NCBI GenBank assembly: GCA_014905635.1
Contig: JABVCE010000035.1
Location: 186,001 to 250,000 of the forward strand
Length of the DNA: 64,000 nucleotides
Direction of reading: 5' to 3'
DNA from: Scenedesmus sp. PABB004
Lineage: Eukaryota
Part shown: one piece after another, positions 1 through 12,801 of the stretch
Position numbering within the stretch: position 1 is the first letter of the stretch
How the letters are laid out: each line of letters opens with the position of its first letter
Position numbers and translations under genes: made by a program
The notes under the pieces: model-generated
What the model was told of the DNA's origin: nothing
Databases searched by the model: none
The model's input: only the letters and a program-made list of their open reading frames with translations

Positions 1-1242
1 CGAGCAGGTGCTGCGCTGGCTGGAGCTCGAGCTTGGTGTGCCCGCGCGCGGCGCGGCCGCGCTGCCGCGCGTCTACATTCACGCCGGCCACGTCGACGAC
101 GCGACGCTGCCGCGGCTGTACGCCTCGGCGGACGCGGTCGTGCTGCCGACGCGCGGCGAGGGCTGGGGCCGGCCGCATATGGAAGCGCTCGCGATGGCCC
201 GGCCGCTCATCGCGACAAACTGGTCGGGGCCGACCGCGTACCTCTCCGAGGCCACCGGCTACCCGCTGGCCGTCGAGGGCCTCGTCCCCGCCGAGCAGGC
301 CGCCGCCGGCACAGGCGCGCGCCGCCGCCCCGCCGGCCCGGCCGGCGCGCTGTGCGGCCGCCGCGCTGCGCGGCCGCCCGCGCGCGCGCCATGGGTGACA
401 CGGAGTCCCCCCCCCCCGCCGCCGGCGCGCAGCCGCGGGCGCGCAGGAGGAGGCAAACCCCTACTTCACAGGGCAGCGCTGGGCGGAGCCGAGCCAGGCG
501 CACCTGCGCGAGCTCATGCGCCGCGTGGTCGCCCGCCCCGGCGAGGCCGCGGCCCGGGGCGCTGCCGCGCGGCGGCACGTGCTCCGGCACTTCACGCCCG
601 AGGTGCGGCGGCGGCACGCCGGGCCGCACGCCCCGCACCACGCGCGCGCCACCACGCACCAGCGGCGGGCGGCGGCGGCGCCACGCCGCGCCGCGCCGCG
701 CGCCCCGCACCACGCGCGCACGCACCACCACGCGCGCGCCGCGGGGGGGGGGGGGGGGGGGGGGCGTCTCCGGCGCGGCGAGCCGCGTCGCATGCGTGCG
801 CCGCCGCCTCCGCGCGCAGGTGCTGGCGCGCGCGGTGCTGGCGCAGCTGGCCCGCATCGACGCCAAGCTGGGGCGGAGCCGGCCGCTGCCGCCGCGCGCC
901 GCGGCCGCGTCGCAGCGCGCGCTCTGCCTGGCCCAGCCCGAGCTCTGCAGCCAAGGTGTGAGGCGGCCGCGTGCTGCCCGGCGCAGCTGCAGCGGCAGCA
1001 GGGCGAGTCCGCACGGCAGCTGGGCGGCCCACGCGCCGCCGCGGCCGCCGTCACGCGCAGGCGCCGCGGGCATGGCCGAGGCGGCGCGGCGCGCGGCGAC
1101 TGCGTTCAGCTCGTACCGCGCGACTGACCCGGCGGCGCTGTCGGTGGCGGCCGGGGGGCTCACGGCCGACGAGGCGATCGCGCACGCGCGCGCGGCGGTG
1201 CGCGCGGGCGGCGCGCCGACCGACGGCGTCGTGCTCAGCTGA
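1..1242 (+). CDS. Glycosyltransferase family 4 (GT-B) protein, 5'-truncated by the window edge, spliced
   Basis: LPRLYASADAVVLPTRGEGWGRPHMEALAMARPLIATNWSGPTAYL carries the GT4 E-x7-E signature. Downstream exons read ...WAEPSQAHLRELMRRV... and VLARAVLAQLARI...; stop TGA at 1240-1242. Confidence 0.8.
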   Translation, partial: RAGAALAGARAWCARARRGRAAARLHSRRPRRRRDAAAAVRLGGRGRAADARRGLGPAAYGSARDGPAAHRDKLVGADRVPLRGHRLPAGRRGPRPRRAGRRRHRRAPPPRRPGRRAVRPPRCAAARARAMGDTESPPPAAGAQPRARRRRQTPTSQGSAGRSRARRTCASSCAAWSPAPARPRPGALPRGGTCSGTSRPRCGGGTPGRTPRTTRAPPRTSGGRRRRHAAPRRAPRTTRARTTTRAPRGGGGGGGVSGAASRVACVRRRLRAQVLARAVLAQLARIDAKLGRSRPLPPRAAAASQRALCLAQPELCSQGVRRPRAARRSCSGSRASPHGSWAAHAPPRPPSRAGAAGMAEAARRAATAFSSYRATDPAALSVAAGGLTADEAIAHARAAVRAGGAPTDGVVLS

Positions 1243-1659
1243 GCGGGCGCGGCGCGGCGCTGCAGCTGCGCGCTGCCGGCGGCGACAGCTTCGCGCACTG
1301 AGGCGCGCTGGTCGAGGCTGCGCGCCGGGCCGGTCGTTGCGTGAAACGGCATAGTCGCGCCCGGTGGTTCAGGTTGCCAGACCGGCGCGCGGCCGACCCC
1401 TCGCGGCCCGCCGCCCCAGCTTCTACTAGCCCGCCCCCCGCTGCTGTGGTGCTCTCTGGCGCGCCCTGTTGCGCAGCACGGCAGCACGCACAGCAGCCCG
1501 CCGCCGGACGCTGCGGCCGCGCGCGCCGCGCGCTCAGGGCCGCGTGCGCTGCTGCAGCTGCGCGCGCGCACGCGGCCCGCCGCGCGCTGCGGTCAATGCG
1601 CCGCGCGCCGCTCCGGCCGCGGCAGCCGCCCGGCTGCCGCTCCGGCCGCCGCGGCCGGC

Positions 1660-2399
1660 TCAGTGGTGGCCGTGCCCGTGGCCGTCGTCGTCGTCCAGCC
1701 CCTCGGCCTCAAAGATCGCCGGCAGGCCGCGCTGCGGGGCGGCGGGCGCGGGCGCGGGGCGCTCGGCGCGCGCTCGCCACGCCGCTGCTGCTGGTGCTGC
1801 GCCGCGCCGCCGCCGCCGCTGCTAGCTGCTGCTGCGGGCGCTCACCGTCTTGTGGTCCCACTCGTGGTAGGCCATGTAAAAGACCCAGAACCTGCGGCGG
1901 TGTGTGCGCGCACGAGAGCGCTCGGGCGGCGCGCCCCCGGCCGCGCGGCCGCCGCGCCGCGCCGCGCTGCCCGCCGTCGCCGCGCTGCAGCCTGCCTGCG
2001 CCGCGCGCCGCCCGCCGGGCCGTGCCGCTGCTTGCCCCGCCCGCGCCCCGCGCGTGGCCGGGGCCCTGGGCCTCACTCACCACATCGTGCCGCCGATGAC
2101 CTTGCCCGCCGCGTACTCCCAGGTCGCCGGCTTCTTTAGCGTCAGCCCCGCGTACGTGACGTAGTCGTTGGGGTTGCCGTGGTGCGCCGCGCCTGCGAGG
2201 GGAGTGGCGGCCGCGGGCGTGGTGGTGGTGGTGGTGCGGCGGCGGCGAGGGAGCGGCGCCGCAGCAGCAGCAGCAGATGCCGCGCACCGCCCATGGCGCG
2301 CGTGGCCCCATTCTGCGCCGCCGGCCCCGCCAGCGCCTGGCGGCCCGCGCCGCTGGCCACTCGCGCCACCGCGGCGGCGGCCCGGGCCAGGAGGGCCAT
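1660..2399 (-). CDS. NDUFB2: NADH:ubiquinone oxidoreductase subunit B2 (AGGG)-like, 4 exons, with mitochondrial presequence
   Basis: Spliced product MALLARAAAAVAR...AMG|GAAHHGNPNDYVTYAGLTLKKPATWEYAAGKVIGGTMW|FWVFYMAYHEWDHKT|RGLPAIFEAEGLDDDDGHGHGHH*. Resembles plant NDUFB2 (TY.GLT..P..W....GK.....MWFW..Y, His-rich tail). Three GT-AG introns. Confidence 0.75.
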
Positions 2400-2680
2400 G
2401 CTGCGGGCCAGGCCAGGAGCAGCGCGCGCCGCTGCCGCGCGATCTGGGCCGGGCTGCGCGAGGCGCTCGGGTGTGGGTTCTTGAGGGGTCGCTTGGGCGG
2501 TCGGGGCTGGGGGCTGCTGCCGGGCGGTCGGTGCGAGCTCGCATCGCTGACGCGCCCGGGCAAACCCCGCCTAACTGCTGGCATTTCCTGCCCCCCGCCG
2601 TCCTCGCACCACACACCGCCGGCGCGCGCGCGCCTGATCAGGCCCTGCACCGCCACTCCGGCGCACGCGCCGCCGCGGCG

Positions 2681-2861
2681 ATGCTGCCCGCTCTCATTTT
2701 CTGCCTCCTGGCCGCCCGGGGCGCCCTGGGCGCGACCCAGGGCGGCCGGCCGTCGCGCCTGCACCTCTACCCCGAGGCAGAGCACTTCTACAACCACGTC
2801 CCGGCCCCGGTGCCGGACAGCCTGCCCGAGGCGCGCTGCCGCCGCTGCTGCTGCTGCTGAA

Positions 2862-2893
<32 letters not shown>

Positions 2894-5544
2894 TCCCGCT
2901 GCCGTCGCTGCCGCCGCTGCCGCCGCTGCCGCCGCTGCCGTCGCCGCCGCCGCATGCGCGCGCGCGCACGGCCCGCCCAGCCCGCCGCCCTCTCCGCCGC
3001 GCCGCGCCGCGCAGTCGTTCAACTGGTGCGGCCACGATGGCGTCAACTACTGCGCGCCCTCCTGGAACCAGCACATCCCGCAGTACTGCGGCTCCTGCTG
3101 GGTGCACGGCACGCTCTCCATGATCCAGGACCGCCTCAAGATCGCCAAGCTGCGCGCGGGCGACCTCGCGCCGGGTGCGGCCGCACTGCTGCGCCGCCGC
3201 GCGCGCTCGCGCCGCCGTCGCGCGCGTCGCCGCGCCGTGCCGCGCGCGCGCCGCCGACCCGCGCGCGCGCCGGTCCCCGCCGCCGCCGCCTGCCGCCCGC
3301 CGCCTGCCGCGGCGCAGACGTGATGCTCGGCCGCCAGACGCTGCTCAACTGCGCCGGCTTCCACGGCCTCGGCGACGGCTGCAACGGCGGCGAGCCGCTC
3401 GAGGTGTTCAAGTACATGGCCGAGCACGGCCTGCCCGACGAGTCGTGCCTCCACTACGCCGCGACGGTGCGGCCTGGCGGCGACGGCGACGGCGGCGCCG
3501 GGCGCGCCCGCCGCCGACGCCGCCCGCCCCGCCTCGCCCGCCGCCCGGACGACCGACCGTCAATACAACCAACCAACGCCCGCAGGACCACCACGTGTTC
3601 AAGAAGGCGGGCTACAAGGACTGCCCCGCGCGCGGGCGCTGCATGAACTGCATGCCCAAGGGCGGCGGCGACGAGTTCGCGTGCTGGGGCATCAAGAAGC
3701 CCGTCATGTACAACGTGCGCGCCGCGCGGTCGTGCGCGGCTGTGCGTGGTTGTGCGTGGCTGTGTGTGGTGTGTGGTTGTGTTTGGTTGTGCGTGGTTGT
3801 GCGTGCGTGGTTGTGTGTGCGCGCGGCTGGGCGATTGCTGCCGGGCGTGCCGCCGGCTCGGGACCCAAGCGCGTGCGCGCGCGGCGCGCGCGCCGCGCCG
3901 CCCCCGCCGCCGCCCGCGGCCGACCCCCCGCGCCGCCCGCGCCGTTCCCCGCCGCGCCGCGCCGCGAACAGATTACGGCGTACGGCAAGCTCGAGCCCGG
4001 CGCGGAGGCGATGCAGGCGGAGATCCTCGCGCGCGGCCCGATCACGTGCGGCATCGCCTGCCCGGACGACTTCACGTACGCGTACCACTCGGGCAAGCGC
4101 GGCGGTGAGGCGCGGCGGCGGTGCACGGCGCGCGGCGGCGCGGGACGGGGCGGCGCGGCGCGGGACGGGGCGGGCGAGCGCGCGCGCCCGGCCGCTGCCC
4201 ACCGGCTCGGTGCGGTCATGATCCCCTCAGCCGCCCCTCGTCCCCGCCGCCCCCACCCCCGCCGTCCCACCCCCGCCGTCCCCACCCCGCGCGTCGGCCG
4301 CCCCGCCCGGGCAGGCGTGTACGTCGACAAGAGCGGCGACACGGAGCTGGACCACGACATCGAGGTCGTCGGCTGGGGCGAGGAGGAGGGCGGACTCAAG
4401 TACTGGATCGTGAGTCGCGGCGGGGCGGGGCCTCGAGCGGCGCCGCGCGGGGGCCTCGAGGCGGGCGCGAGCGGGGCTCGCGGGCTGCGGAGCCCGCGGC
4501 GGCGCGGGGCGGCGCGGCGGCGGCGCGCGGCCCACGCGCCGCGCCGCGCCCGTGCGCCGCGCCCGTGCGCCGCGCCCGCGTGCGCCGCGCAGGCGCGCAA
4601 CAGCTGGGGCTCCTACTGGGGCGAGCTGGGTTTCTTCAAGGTCGAGCGCGGCGTCAACGCCCTGCAGGTGCGCGCGCGTGGCACGCTAGGGGGCGGGCGC
4701 CGCCGCGGCGCGGCGCTCGCCGGCGCGGGCGCCGCGCCGGCGCACGCGCCGCGCCGGCGCACGCGCCGCGCCGCCGCCACCGCCGACGTGTTGGCTCACG
4801 GCGCGCTGCGCCCGCCACACGCAGATTGAGAGCGGCGACTGCTGGTACGCCGTGCCCGAGTATGAGACCGAGAGCGCGGTGGTGGACGGGGAGCTCGAGG
4901 GCAGCATGTGGGGGCTGCGCCACCCCAAGCACCACCCGCACTGCGACCACGACGACGACGACGCGAGCCCCGAGGAGCGCACGGCCGCCGCGCTCGCGGA
5001 CGACGCGGCCGAGGACGGCGCCGCGGCGGCGGCCGCGGCCGCGAGCGCGATCGCGTCGGGCGTGTCGCGCCTGCTCAGCGGCGCGGTCGTGACGGTGGAG
5101 CTCGAGGCCCGCCCCGCGGCGGCCGGCGTGGAGGAGGCGGAGCAGGGCGAGGGCGTGAGCGAGGCGGCCATCATCGAGGAGGCCGCCGCGGCGGCGCTCG
5201 AGGCGGGCCCGGGCGCGGCGCTCGCCGACGCGCGCGCGGCGGCGGGCGAGCTCGCGGCCGAGGTGGGCGAGGCGGTCGGCGCCGCGGCGGCCGCGGCTGC
5301 GGGCGCGCGGCTCGACGTGCGCGGCGGCGCGCCGGGCGGCGTGTGGGCGGTCGAGGTCGCGCTGCCGCGCAGCGCGGCCGAGGGCGTGGCCGCCGCGGCG
5401 GCCGGCGTGCGCGCCGCCGCGGGCGCGCTCTGGGCGGCGCTCGCGGCGCCGGCCGAGCTGCCCGCGGCGGCGGAGCCCGGCGCGGAGGCGGCCGCGGCGC
5501 GAGTGCTGGGGCGCCGCGTGCAGCCCGCCGTCGCGGTGGTGTGA
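2681..5544 (+). CDS. CTSZ: Cathepsin Z/X-like papain-family (C1A) cysteine protease, 8 exons, with signal peptide and long acidic/Ala-rich C-terminal extension
   Basis: NQHIPQYCGSCW (catalytic Cys with the cathepsin X HIP mini-loop), GCNGG, EILARGPITCGI, DHDIEVVGWG (His), RNSWGSYWGELGFF (Asn). Exons 2681-2830, 3015-3174, 3318-3466, 3586-3714, 3972-4104, 4315-4409, 4593-4667, 4825-5544. Confidence 0.92.
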
Positions 5545-5683
5545 GCGGCGCCCGCGCGCACCGGCCTGCGCCGCGTCTCTCTGCCCTCTATGCATTGGCA
5601 CAATGCTGCTGTGTCTCTCGGCTGGCAAGTCACAACGTGACAGGTAACACCGCAAGGCAACGCACTTGCGCCCGACCGGCTGG

Positions 5684-7471
5684 CTAGCTCATGCGGCAAG
5701 CGACCTCGTTGTGCCCGTGGCGCCGCCGCTGCCGCCGTCGCTGCCCCGGCTCGCCGCCGCCGCCGTCGTCGCTCTCGTCGTCCGTGCCCTCGTCGTCGTC
5801 CTCCTCGCTGCCACCGCCCAGCTCGAAGCCGAGCGCGTCGCCGCCGCCGGGGGCCGCGCCCTCGCCGCCCTCGCCGCCCGCGCCCGCGCTGGCGGCGCCG
5901 CCGTAGAGCTGCTGCACGATGAGCTGCAGGAGCTGCGGGTTGTCGTCCAGCGCGGCCTGCAGCGCCGGGGCGGCCTGCAGCGCGCCGCCGCGCAGCAGGC
6001 GCGGGCCGTCGCGCGCGCGGGCCTGGTTGTCGGCGACCAGCGCCTCGCAGCTGCTCGCGTCCACCCGCGACTGCGCGGCCGGGGCGACGGCGGCGGCGGC
6101 GGCGGCCCGCGCGTTTCAGCAGCCGCGGGACGCGTGCGGCCGCACGCGCTGCACGCCTGGCGCCGCGCGGCTCGCCCCGCGCGTCGGGCTCACCAGCGGG
6201 GCCCAGAGCCGGACCACCGACTCGATGCCGCTCGTGGCCAGCACGGGCAGCGCCGGGTGCGGGGCGACGCAGTTGGCGACGTCGCTGTCCGCCGCGAGCA
6301 CGCGCACAGCGGCGCCTGCGGCGCGCATTGGTGTGTACGGGGTGTCGGCGTGCGGCGCGCGGGTCCCGCGCGCGCCGCGCCCGCCGCCGTGGGGCCGCGC
6401 CGCGCCCAGCGCCGCTGCATGCGCACCCGTGGCGGCGTCATAGATGAACACGCGGCCGTCGTCGCTGCCGACGCCGACGAGGGCGTCGTGTGCGAAGAAA
6501 CGGGCCTCCTTGATGTCGGTCTGTGGGGCAATCAGAGGGGGGCGTGGGTGCGCGGCGGGCGGGTACGGCTGGCTCCATGGGAGCCGCCGTGCTGCCTCAC
6601 ACTGCGCTTGGGAGCGCACCTGCACGTTGCAGTGCCCGATGCACCGCGTCAGCAGCCGCGCGTCGCCGCCCGACAGCGAGTCCCACCAGCCGCCCGGCGC
6701 GGCCGCGGCGGCGCCGCGCCGCCCGCGCCGCGCGCCGGCGCGGCCGCCGCTGCCGCTTGGCGGCGCCGGCGGGCCGGGCGCGCCGGCGCCGGCGGCCGCG
6801 GGGCTGCTGCCGGGCCGCGCGCGCCGCGCTCGCCGCTCGCCGTCCGCGGCGCCGCGCCCTTCAGCGTCGCTGCTGCTGCTGCAGCTGCGCGGCCGCCGGC
6901 GCCCGCCGCCGCCGCCGGCGCCGCCGGCCGCCGTGGCCGCCGCGTCTGCGGCGGCGGCGGCGCGCGCCTGCTCCTGGGCGAACGCGGAGGGGCCATACCA
7001 CGGGAAGAGCAGCTCATGGTCGCTGTCGCTGCCGCTGGCCTCCTCGTCGCTATCAAAGCTCATTTCGCTGCCGCTCTGCTCGCCCGAGCTCGACGACGCG
7101 CGCACGCTGCCGCCGCCGCCGCCGCTCGCCGCGCCCGCGCTCGCCGGCGCGGCGGGCTGCTGGCGCGGGTCGCCGTCGCCGGGTGCGCCCGGGCCGCCCG
7201 CAGGCGGCGGCGGCGGCGGCGGCACGCGCGGCGGGCGCGACGGCCCGACGAACCCTCGCTCCTCTGCTGCTGCCCCTCCCGCTGCTGCGCCTGCCCCTCC
7301 TGCTGCTGCTGCCGCTGCCGCCGCTGCTGCTGCGCCTGGCCCCGCCGCAACAGGGCGGGCGTCCAGGTCGTCCGAATCCACGTCCGTGGCGACGCGAGTG
7401 CCCCGCCCCGGCGGCGCCTGCTGCCGCGGCGCGCTGTCGCTGGCGTCGTCGCCCCGCTCGCTGCCGCTGCT

Positions 7472-7502
<31 letters not shown>

Positions 7503-8200
7503 CCGGGCGGCTCGCGCAGGAACGCCGCCGCGCGGTGCTGGCGCGGCGCCTCGCCGCCGCCCGCGCCGACGGCGAGCTCCCCCGCCCGCCGCCGCATGGC
7601 GAGCTGCATGCTGTGCGACCGCAGCTGCGCGCGCACGCTGCGGCGCTGCTCGAGCGTGTGGTCGAGCAGGCGCGCGAGGCTGGCGAGCTCGCTGCTGCCC
7701 GCGGCGTGCGGATATTGTCGCTTGTAGCTCTCCAACGCAGCCAGCGCGCACTGCGACCGCGGCGGCGGCGGCGGCGGCAGCGGCCAGCGTGAGCGCGGCG
7801 CGGCGGCGCGCGGCCGCCGCCCGTGGCGCGCGGCGGTCGCGCGACGCGCGCGGCGCGCCGCACCTGGACCTGCCCCAGCTGCTTGAGCGCGTGCACCTGG
7901 CGCAGCCGCGCCTGCTGCTCCGCCGCCGCGGCCGCGGGCGCGGCCTCGCCGCGCGCCTGGCCCACCAGGGCGAGCGCCATCTCGCAGTCGCGCAGCGCCG
8001 CCGACGGGTCGCCCTCCCAGCCGCGCTTGAGCGAGGCGAGCGCGCGCTGCGTGTAGAGCCCTGGCACCCACGGCGCGGTCGCGATGGCGGCGGTGAACGC
8101 CGCGACCGCGGCGGTGAAGCGCTGCTCAAACAGCGCGTTGTTGCCGGCGACCTTGGCCGCCTCGGCCGCCTCCGGCAGGTTGCACGGCACCTCGCCCGCG

Positions 8201-8242
<42 letters not shown>

Positions 8243-9764
8243 GCGGCCGCGCCCGCAGCCGCGGCCGCGAGCGCGGCGGCCGCCGCCGCCGCGAGCGCGC
8301 CGCCGGGGCGGGGCGGGCCGCGCGGCAGGCTGGTGGGGCAGCCCGTCGCGGCGCCGGTGACGTCAAAGACGTAGGCATGGTCCCCGTGGTAGCTGGCGAC
8401 CAGGCGGTCGCCGCGGCTCGAAAAGTTGACGTGCGTGGCGTGCGCGCGGCGCGACACGCCCGCGCGCAGCAGCGCCGGCAGGTGCGGCGGCGCGAGCTGC
8501 ATCAGCGGCGCGCTGCGCGGCCCGCCGGGGCGGCCTGCGGCGCGCGGGTCGCGCGGCGCGGGTCGCGCGGCCCTGGTCGCGCGGGGCGCGGCGCAGGGCG
8601 CGCGGCGCGCAGCGCGGCGCGGCGCGGCCGCCGCACCGAGCGAGAGGCGGCGCCGGTCGAACACGCGCACGTGCGGGTCGCCGCACGCGACCGCGAGCAG
8701 GTGCGGCTGGGTGGGCGACATGTCGAGGCCCTTGCATTCCGCGAACTTGCCGCCCCAGGGCCCCGCCGCGGCGAGGTTGACGAGCACGTTGGCGCTGCCG
8801 TGCGCCTAGGTGGGGCGGCGGCCGCCGCGGCGGCGCGGCCGTGGTCGGGCGCGGCCCGCCGCCGCCGCCGCCGCCGCGCGGGGCGGGCGCCTTCTAACAG
8901 CCTTCGCACCTTCTGGTCGGGCGCCCGCGTGTCATACTGGCGGACCATGCCGTCCTCGCCCGCCGACCAGAAGAGGTCCGGCTCCGCGGCGCACACCTCG
9001 ACCTCCTGCGCGGCGCGGGCGCGGGCGCGGGTGTGGGGGTGTGGGATGGGGCCGCAGCCCGCAGCTGCGCGAGCGGCAGCGGCGGCGGCGGACGCCGCGC
9101 CTTGACGCGAGCCTTGTGGCACCGGAACACGGTCGTGTGCGGCGTGACGGTGTGCACGAGCGGCGGCGGCGGCAACGCGCGCTGCCGCGCGGCGGAGCGG
9201 CCGCCGCCCGTGGGCCGTGCGTCGCCGCCGCCGCCGCCGCCGCCGCTGGCGGCGCGGAAGCGCGGCTGTATCCCAAACGCGCCCGCGCCGAGCTCGTGCA
9301 GCTGCACCGTGCAGTCCATGCCGCCCGACACGACGCGCTGGCAGGCCGAGTGGGGCAGGAACGCGACGCCAAAGAGGTTGGCCCGGTGCTGCGTCTGCAG
9401 CGCGAGCGGCACGCGCCCGACGTCCGGATAGTGCCACAGCAGCACCTGCCCCGTCGCGCAGGGGGGAGCGGTGGAGGTTCAGGGCGCGGCAGGCAGCGCG
9501 GCTGGCGCGCGGCGGCCCCCCGTCGCAGCGGCAGCGGGGCCGCCGCGCCTGCAGGTCGTCGGAGGCGCTGGCGAGCATGCTGCCGTCGTCGCTCCAGGCC
9601 AGGCGGTTCACGCAGCCGTCGTGTCCCTCCAGGACGGCCTGGATCGACAGCTTGCGCGCCACGCCCTCCGCCGAGAGCCCGCCCGGCGCCGGCGCGCCGC
9701 TGCTGGCGCTCGGCCGGGCCGCCCGCAGGCCCGCCTCCCGCGCCAGCAGGCCGCGGGGGTCCAT
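5684..9764 (-). CDS. WD40 + TPR DDB1-CUL4-associated factor (WDTC1/ASG2-like), about 9 exons, C-terminal CaaX box
   Basis: LEGHDGCVNRLAWSDDGSMLASASDD, HRANLFGVAFLP, TPR-like AKVAGNNALFEQRFTAAV...YTQRALASLKRGWEGDPSAALRDC, GHCNVQTDIKEARFF, GSDDGRVFIYD, VANCVAPHP..LATSGIESVVRLWAP. Ends in CRMS*. Confidence 0.88.
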
Positions 9765-10005
9765 GGCGCGACCACGCACGCGCTGCCGCGCGGGGCGGAT
9801 TGTCGCTGGTGCGCGCTGTGGGCGGGCGCGAAATGTGTCGGAGGACACCTACGCCCGCGCCCTGTGCCTGCCCGGCAACCTCCAGCGCGCGCGCCGCCTC
9901 GCGCAACACGCACAGCGTCAGCCCCCGCGACGGCGACCGCGGCCGTCGCCGGAGACGCGCGCACGCCGCAGCGGGCGCTGCTGCCGCCGCCGCCGCCGGG
10001 CGCCA

Positions 10006-12603
10006 ATGCAGCAGCGGGCCGCGCCGCGCCGTCCCTGGCACCACCCGCTCGCCGCCTCAACTGGCGCGACCGCCGCCAGCGGTCGGCGCGCACCCGGGCG
10101 CGGGCGCGCCCAGGCGGCCGCCGCCAGCGCTGCGCCGGCGCCGGCGAGCTACGAGCTGGTCGAGGAGCGCGGCGTCAGCTTCACGCCAGGTCCGGCAGCG
10201 GCCTCCGGCTTGGCCTGAGCAGCAGCCGCGCGCCGCCACGCGCGCCGCCGCCCCGGGCCATCCGGCGGCCTCCGCCCCACTCCACGCGCAGGGCCCGCCT
10301 TCTACCGCGCCGAGTCGGCGCAGGCGCGCGACCTCGCGGTCCTCGCAGCGGCGGTGCACCGCGCGCGCATTGGCGGCGGCCTGCGCGTCCTTGAGGCGAT
10401 GGCCGGCAGCGGCGCGCGCGGCGCGCGCTACCTGCTGCAGGCCGGCGCGGACGAGGTGTGGGCGAACGACTACGACGCGCGCAACGCGCCGGCGCTCGCG
10501 TTCAACCTCGCGGGCGCGCTGCGGCGCGCGAGCGGCGGCGGCGAGCGCAGCGGCGGCGGCGGCGGCGGCGGAGACGTGCTCGCGCAGGCGGCGGCGGCGC
10601 TCGCGAGCGCGGAGCGGCGCAGCTACCCGGGCATTCGCGGCGAGCTGCTCGAGTGGAGCAGCAGTGGTGCGGAGGGGCGCGCCGACGGCCCAGAGCTGCC
10701 GCGGCAGCCCCTGCCGTCGTCATCGCCGCCAGAGAAGCAGCAGCTGGAGCAGCAGTCGCAGCCGCTGGAGCAGCCGCAGCAGCAGCAGCTGGAGCAGCAG
10801 GCGGCGCGGCGGCAGCGCTGCCGCGTGAGCCACGTGGATGCCAACAGGCACGCCCGCGCCGCGCCCCGGGGCCCGCGGCCTGCGGCGCACGCAGCGCATG
10901 GCCGGCGGCGCGCGGGGCCCGCGCGCCGGACGACGCGGGGCCTCCCGCCCACTGCCGCCGCACTGCGCCGTGCCGCGCCTCTCCGCCGGCAGGCTGCTCG
11001 CCTCGGCGTACTTGCAGGAGGACTATCATGACCTGGTCGACGTGGACAGCTTTGGCAGCGACACGAGCTACCTGCCCGGCGCGCTGGGCGCGGTGCGGCT
11101 CGGCGGCCTCCTGTTCATCACCAGCACCGACGGCTTCTGCTCCAGCGGTGCGCCACGCGGCGGCACGCACAGCACGCACAGCAGGCACAGCGGCGCGCGG
11201 CGGCGGCACGCACAGCGGCGCGCGCCGCCGCCGCCGGCTCACGGCTGCGCGCCGCCGCGCGCGGCCGGGCGGCGGCGGCGCAGGCAAGCGCCCGGGGCGC
11301 GCGCTGTCGGCGTACGGCGCGTTTGCGCGCGCGCTGCCGGCCGCAAACGAGCAGGGGCTGCGCATGCTCATCGGCGCGGCGGCGGCGGCGGCGGCGACGC
11401 GGGGGCTCGCGGTCAGCCCGCTGTTCAGCCTCTACTCCTGGCACGGCCCAGTCTTCCGAGTCATGCTGCGGTGCGCAGCATGACGTACGCGTGCACAGCA
11501 CACACAGCTCACACAGCGCGCGCAGCCGCCAGCAGCGCAGCACGGCACGGCGCACGCGTCTCCCGCCCGTGTGACCGGCCCGGCGCCGTCCGGGCGACCG
11601 CGCCGCAGGGTGCGGCGCAGCGGCGCGGGGCTGCCGCCGGACTACGCGTTTGTGGGGCACTGCCACGTGCACGGCGAGAGCCGCCGCGTCGGCTGGCGGG
11701 GGCTGAGCGCGGCGTGGTGCCGCTGCGCGTCGCCCGCCGGCGGCGCGGCGGCGCCGGCCGGCGCCGAGCCCACGCCGCTGGTGTTGAGCGGCCCGATGTG
11801 GACGGGGCCGCTGCATGACGCGGGTGCGACGCGGCACGGCCGGCGGCTTTAATGGGGCGGCGGGGCGTCGCTCGCGCTGTGGCAGCCCTCGAGGTGCAAC
11901 ACGCGCCGCCCGCGCCGCGCGCCCGTGCGCAGAGTTTGTGGGCGCGATGGCGGACCAGGCCGCGGAGTGGGGCTGGACGGGCAGCGCTGTGCCGCGCGAC
12001 AGCCCGTACGCGGTGCGGGCGTCGAAAAACAACGGGTGCGCGCGCCGAGGCTGGGCGCAGCCGGGCCGGCGCCCCGGCGCGCGGCCGGCCGGCGGCGCGC
12101 ACGTGCGCGCCTGGGCCTCACCCCCGGCCGCCGCCACCGGCGCGCGCCCTGGGCCCCCGCCGGCGCCGGCGCCGCCGCGCAGGCAGCGCCCGCTCGAGTC
12201 GCTGCTCGCGGTAATGCGCGACGAGGCGCACCCAGCCCTGCCGCCGTGGTACATTCGCATCGCCACGCTCGCCCAGCACCTCGACCGCACGCCCAGCCGG
12301 GGCGCGCTGATCGCCGCGCTGCGCGCGCGCGGCTACGTCGCGTGCCTGTCGCACGTCGAGGTGGGCGGCGCGCCGGCGCGGCACCGCGCAGCGCGCGGGC
12401 TCGGTGCCTCACGCCGTCCGCGCACCGCGACGCCGCAGCACCGCGCCCTGCGAACCAACGCGACCACGGCGGAGGTGCTGGCGGTCGCCGTCGAGGACTG
12501 TGGGCACAGCCTCCGCGCGCCGGCGGCGCCGGGCGCGCGGGCCCACGACGAGGGCGGGGAGGCGGGCGGTCAGGGCGTTGACGGCGGCGCCGCGGCGGCT
12601 TGA
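10006..12603 (+). CDS. TRM1: tRNA (guanine-26-N2)-dimethyltransferase Trm1-like, probably organelle-targeted, about 8 exons
   Basis: AFYRAESAQARDLAVLA, LRVLEAMAGSGARGARY (SAM motif I), VWAND, DLVDVDSFGS, GGLLFITSTD, EQGLRMLIG, GPMWTGPLHD, LRARGYVACLSH, ALRTNAT. Confidence 0.85.
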
Positions 12604-12801
12604 AACATCGCCGGCCCACTGTGAGCCGCGCCGCAGGCTGCTCGCCAGGAGGGTGGCGGCTGTCAGAGAAGGGGGCAACCGCAACCACAACCGCACACGC
12701 AGTAGCGGCACCGGCAGCGGCAGCAGCGCCAGCGGCAGCACCGCCGGGCCCTCAGCAGCCGCTCCGATCGCGTCCAGGCGCGGCGTCACGTAGTACGCGC
12801 G

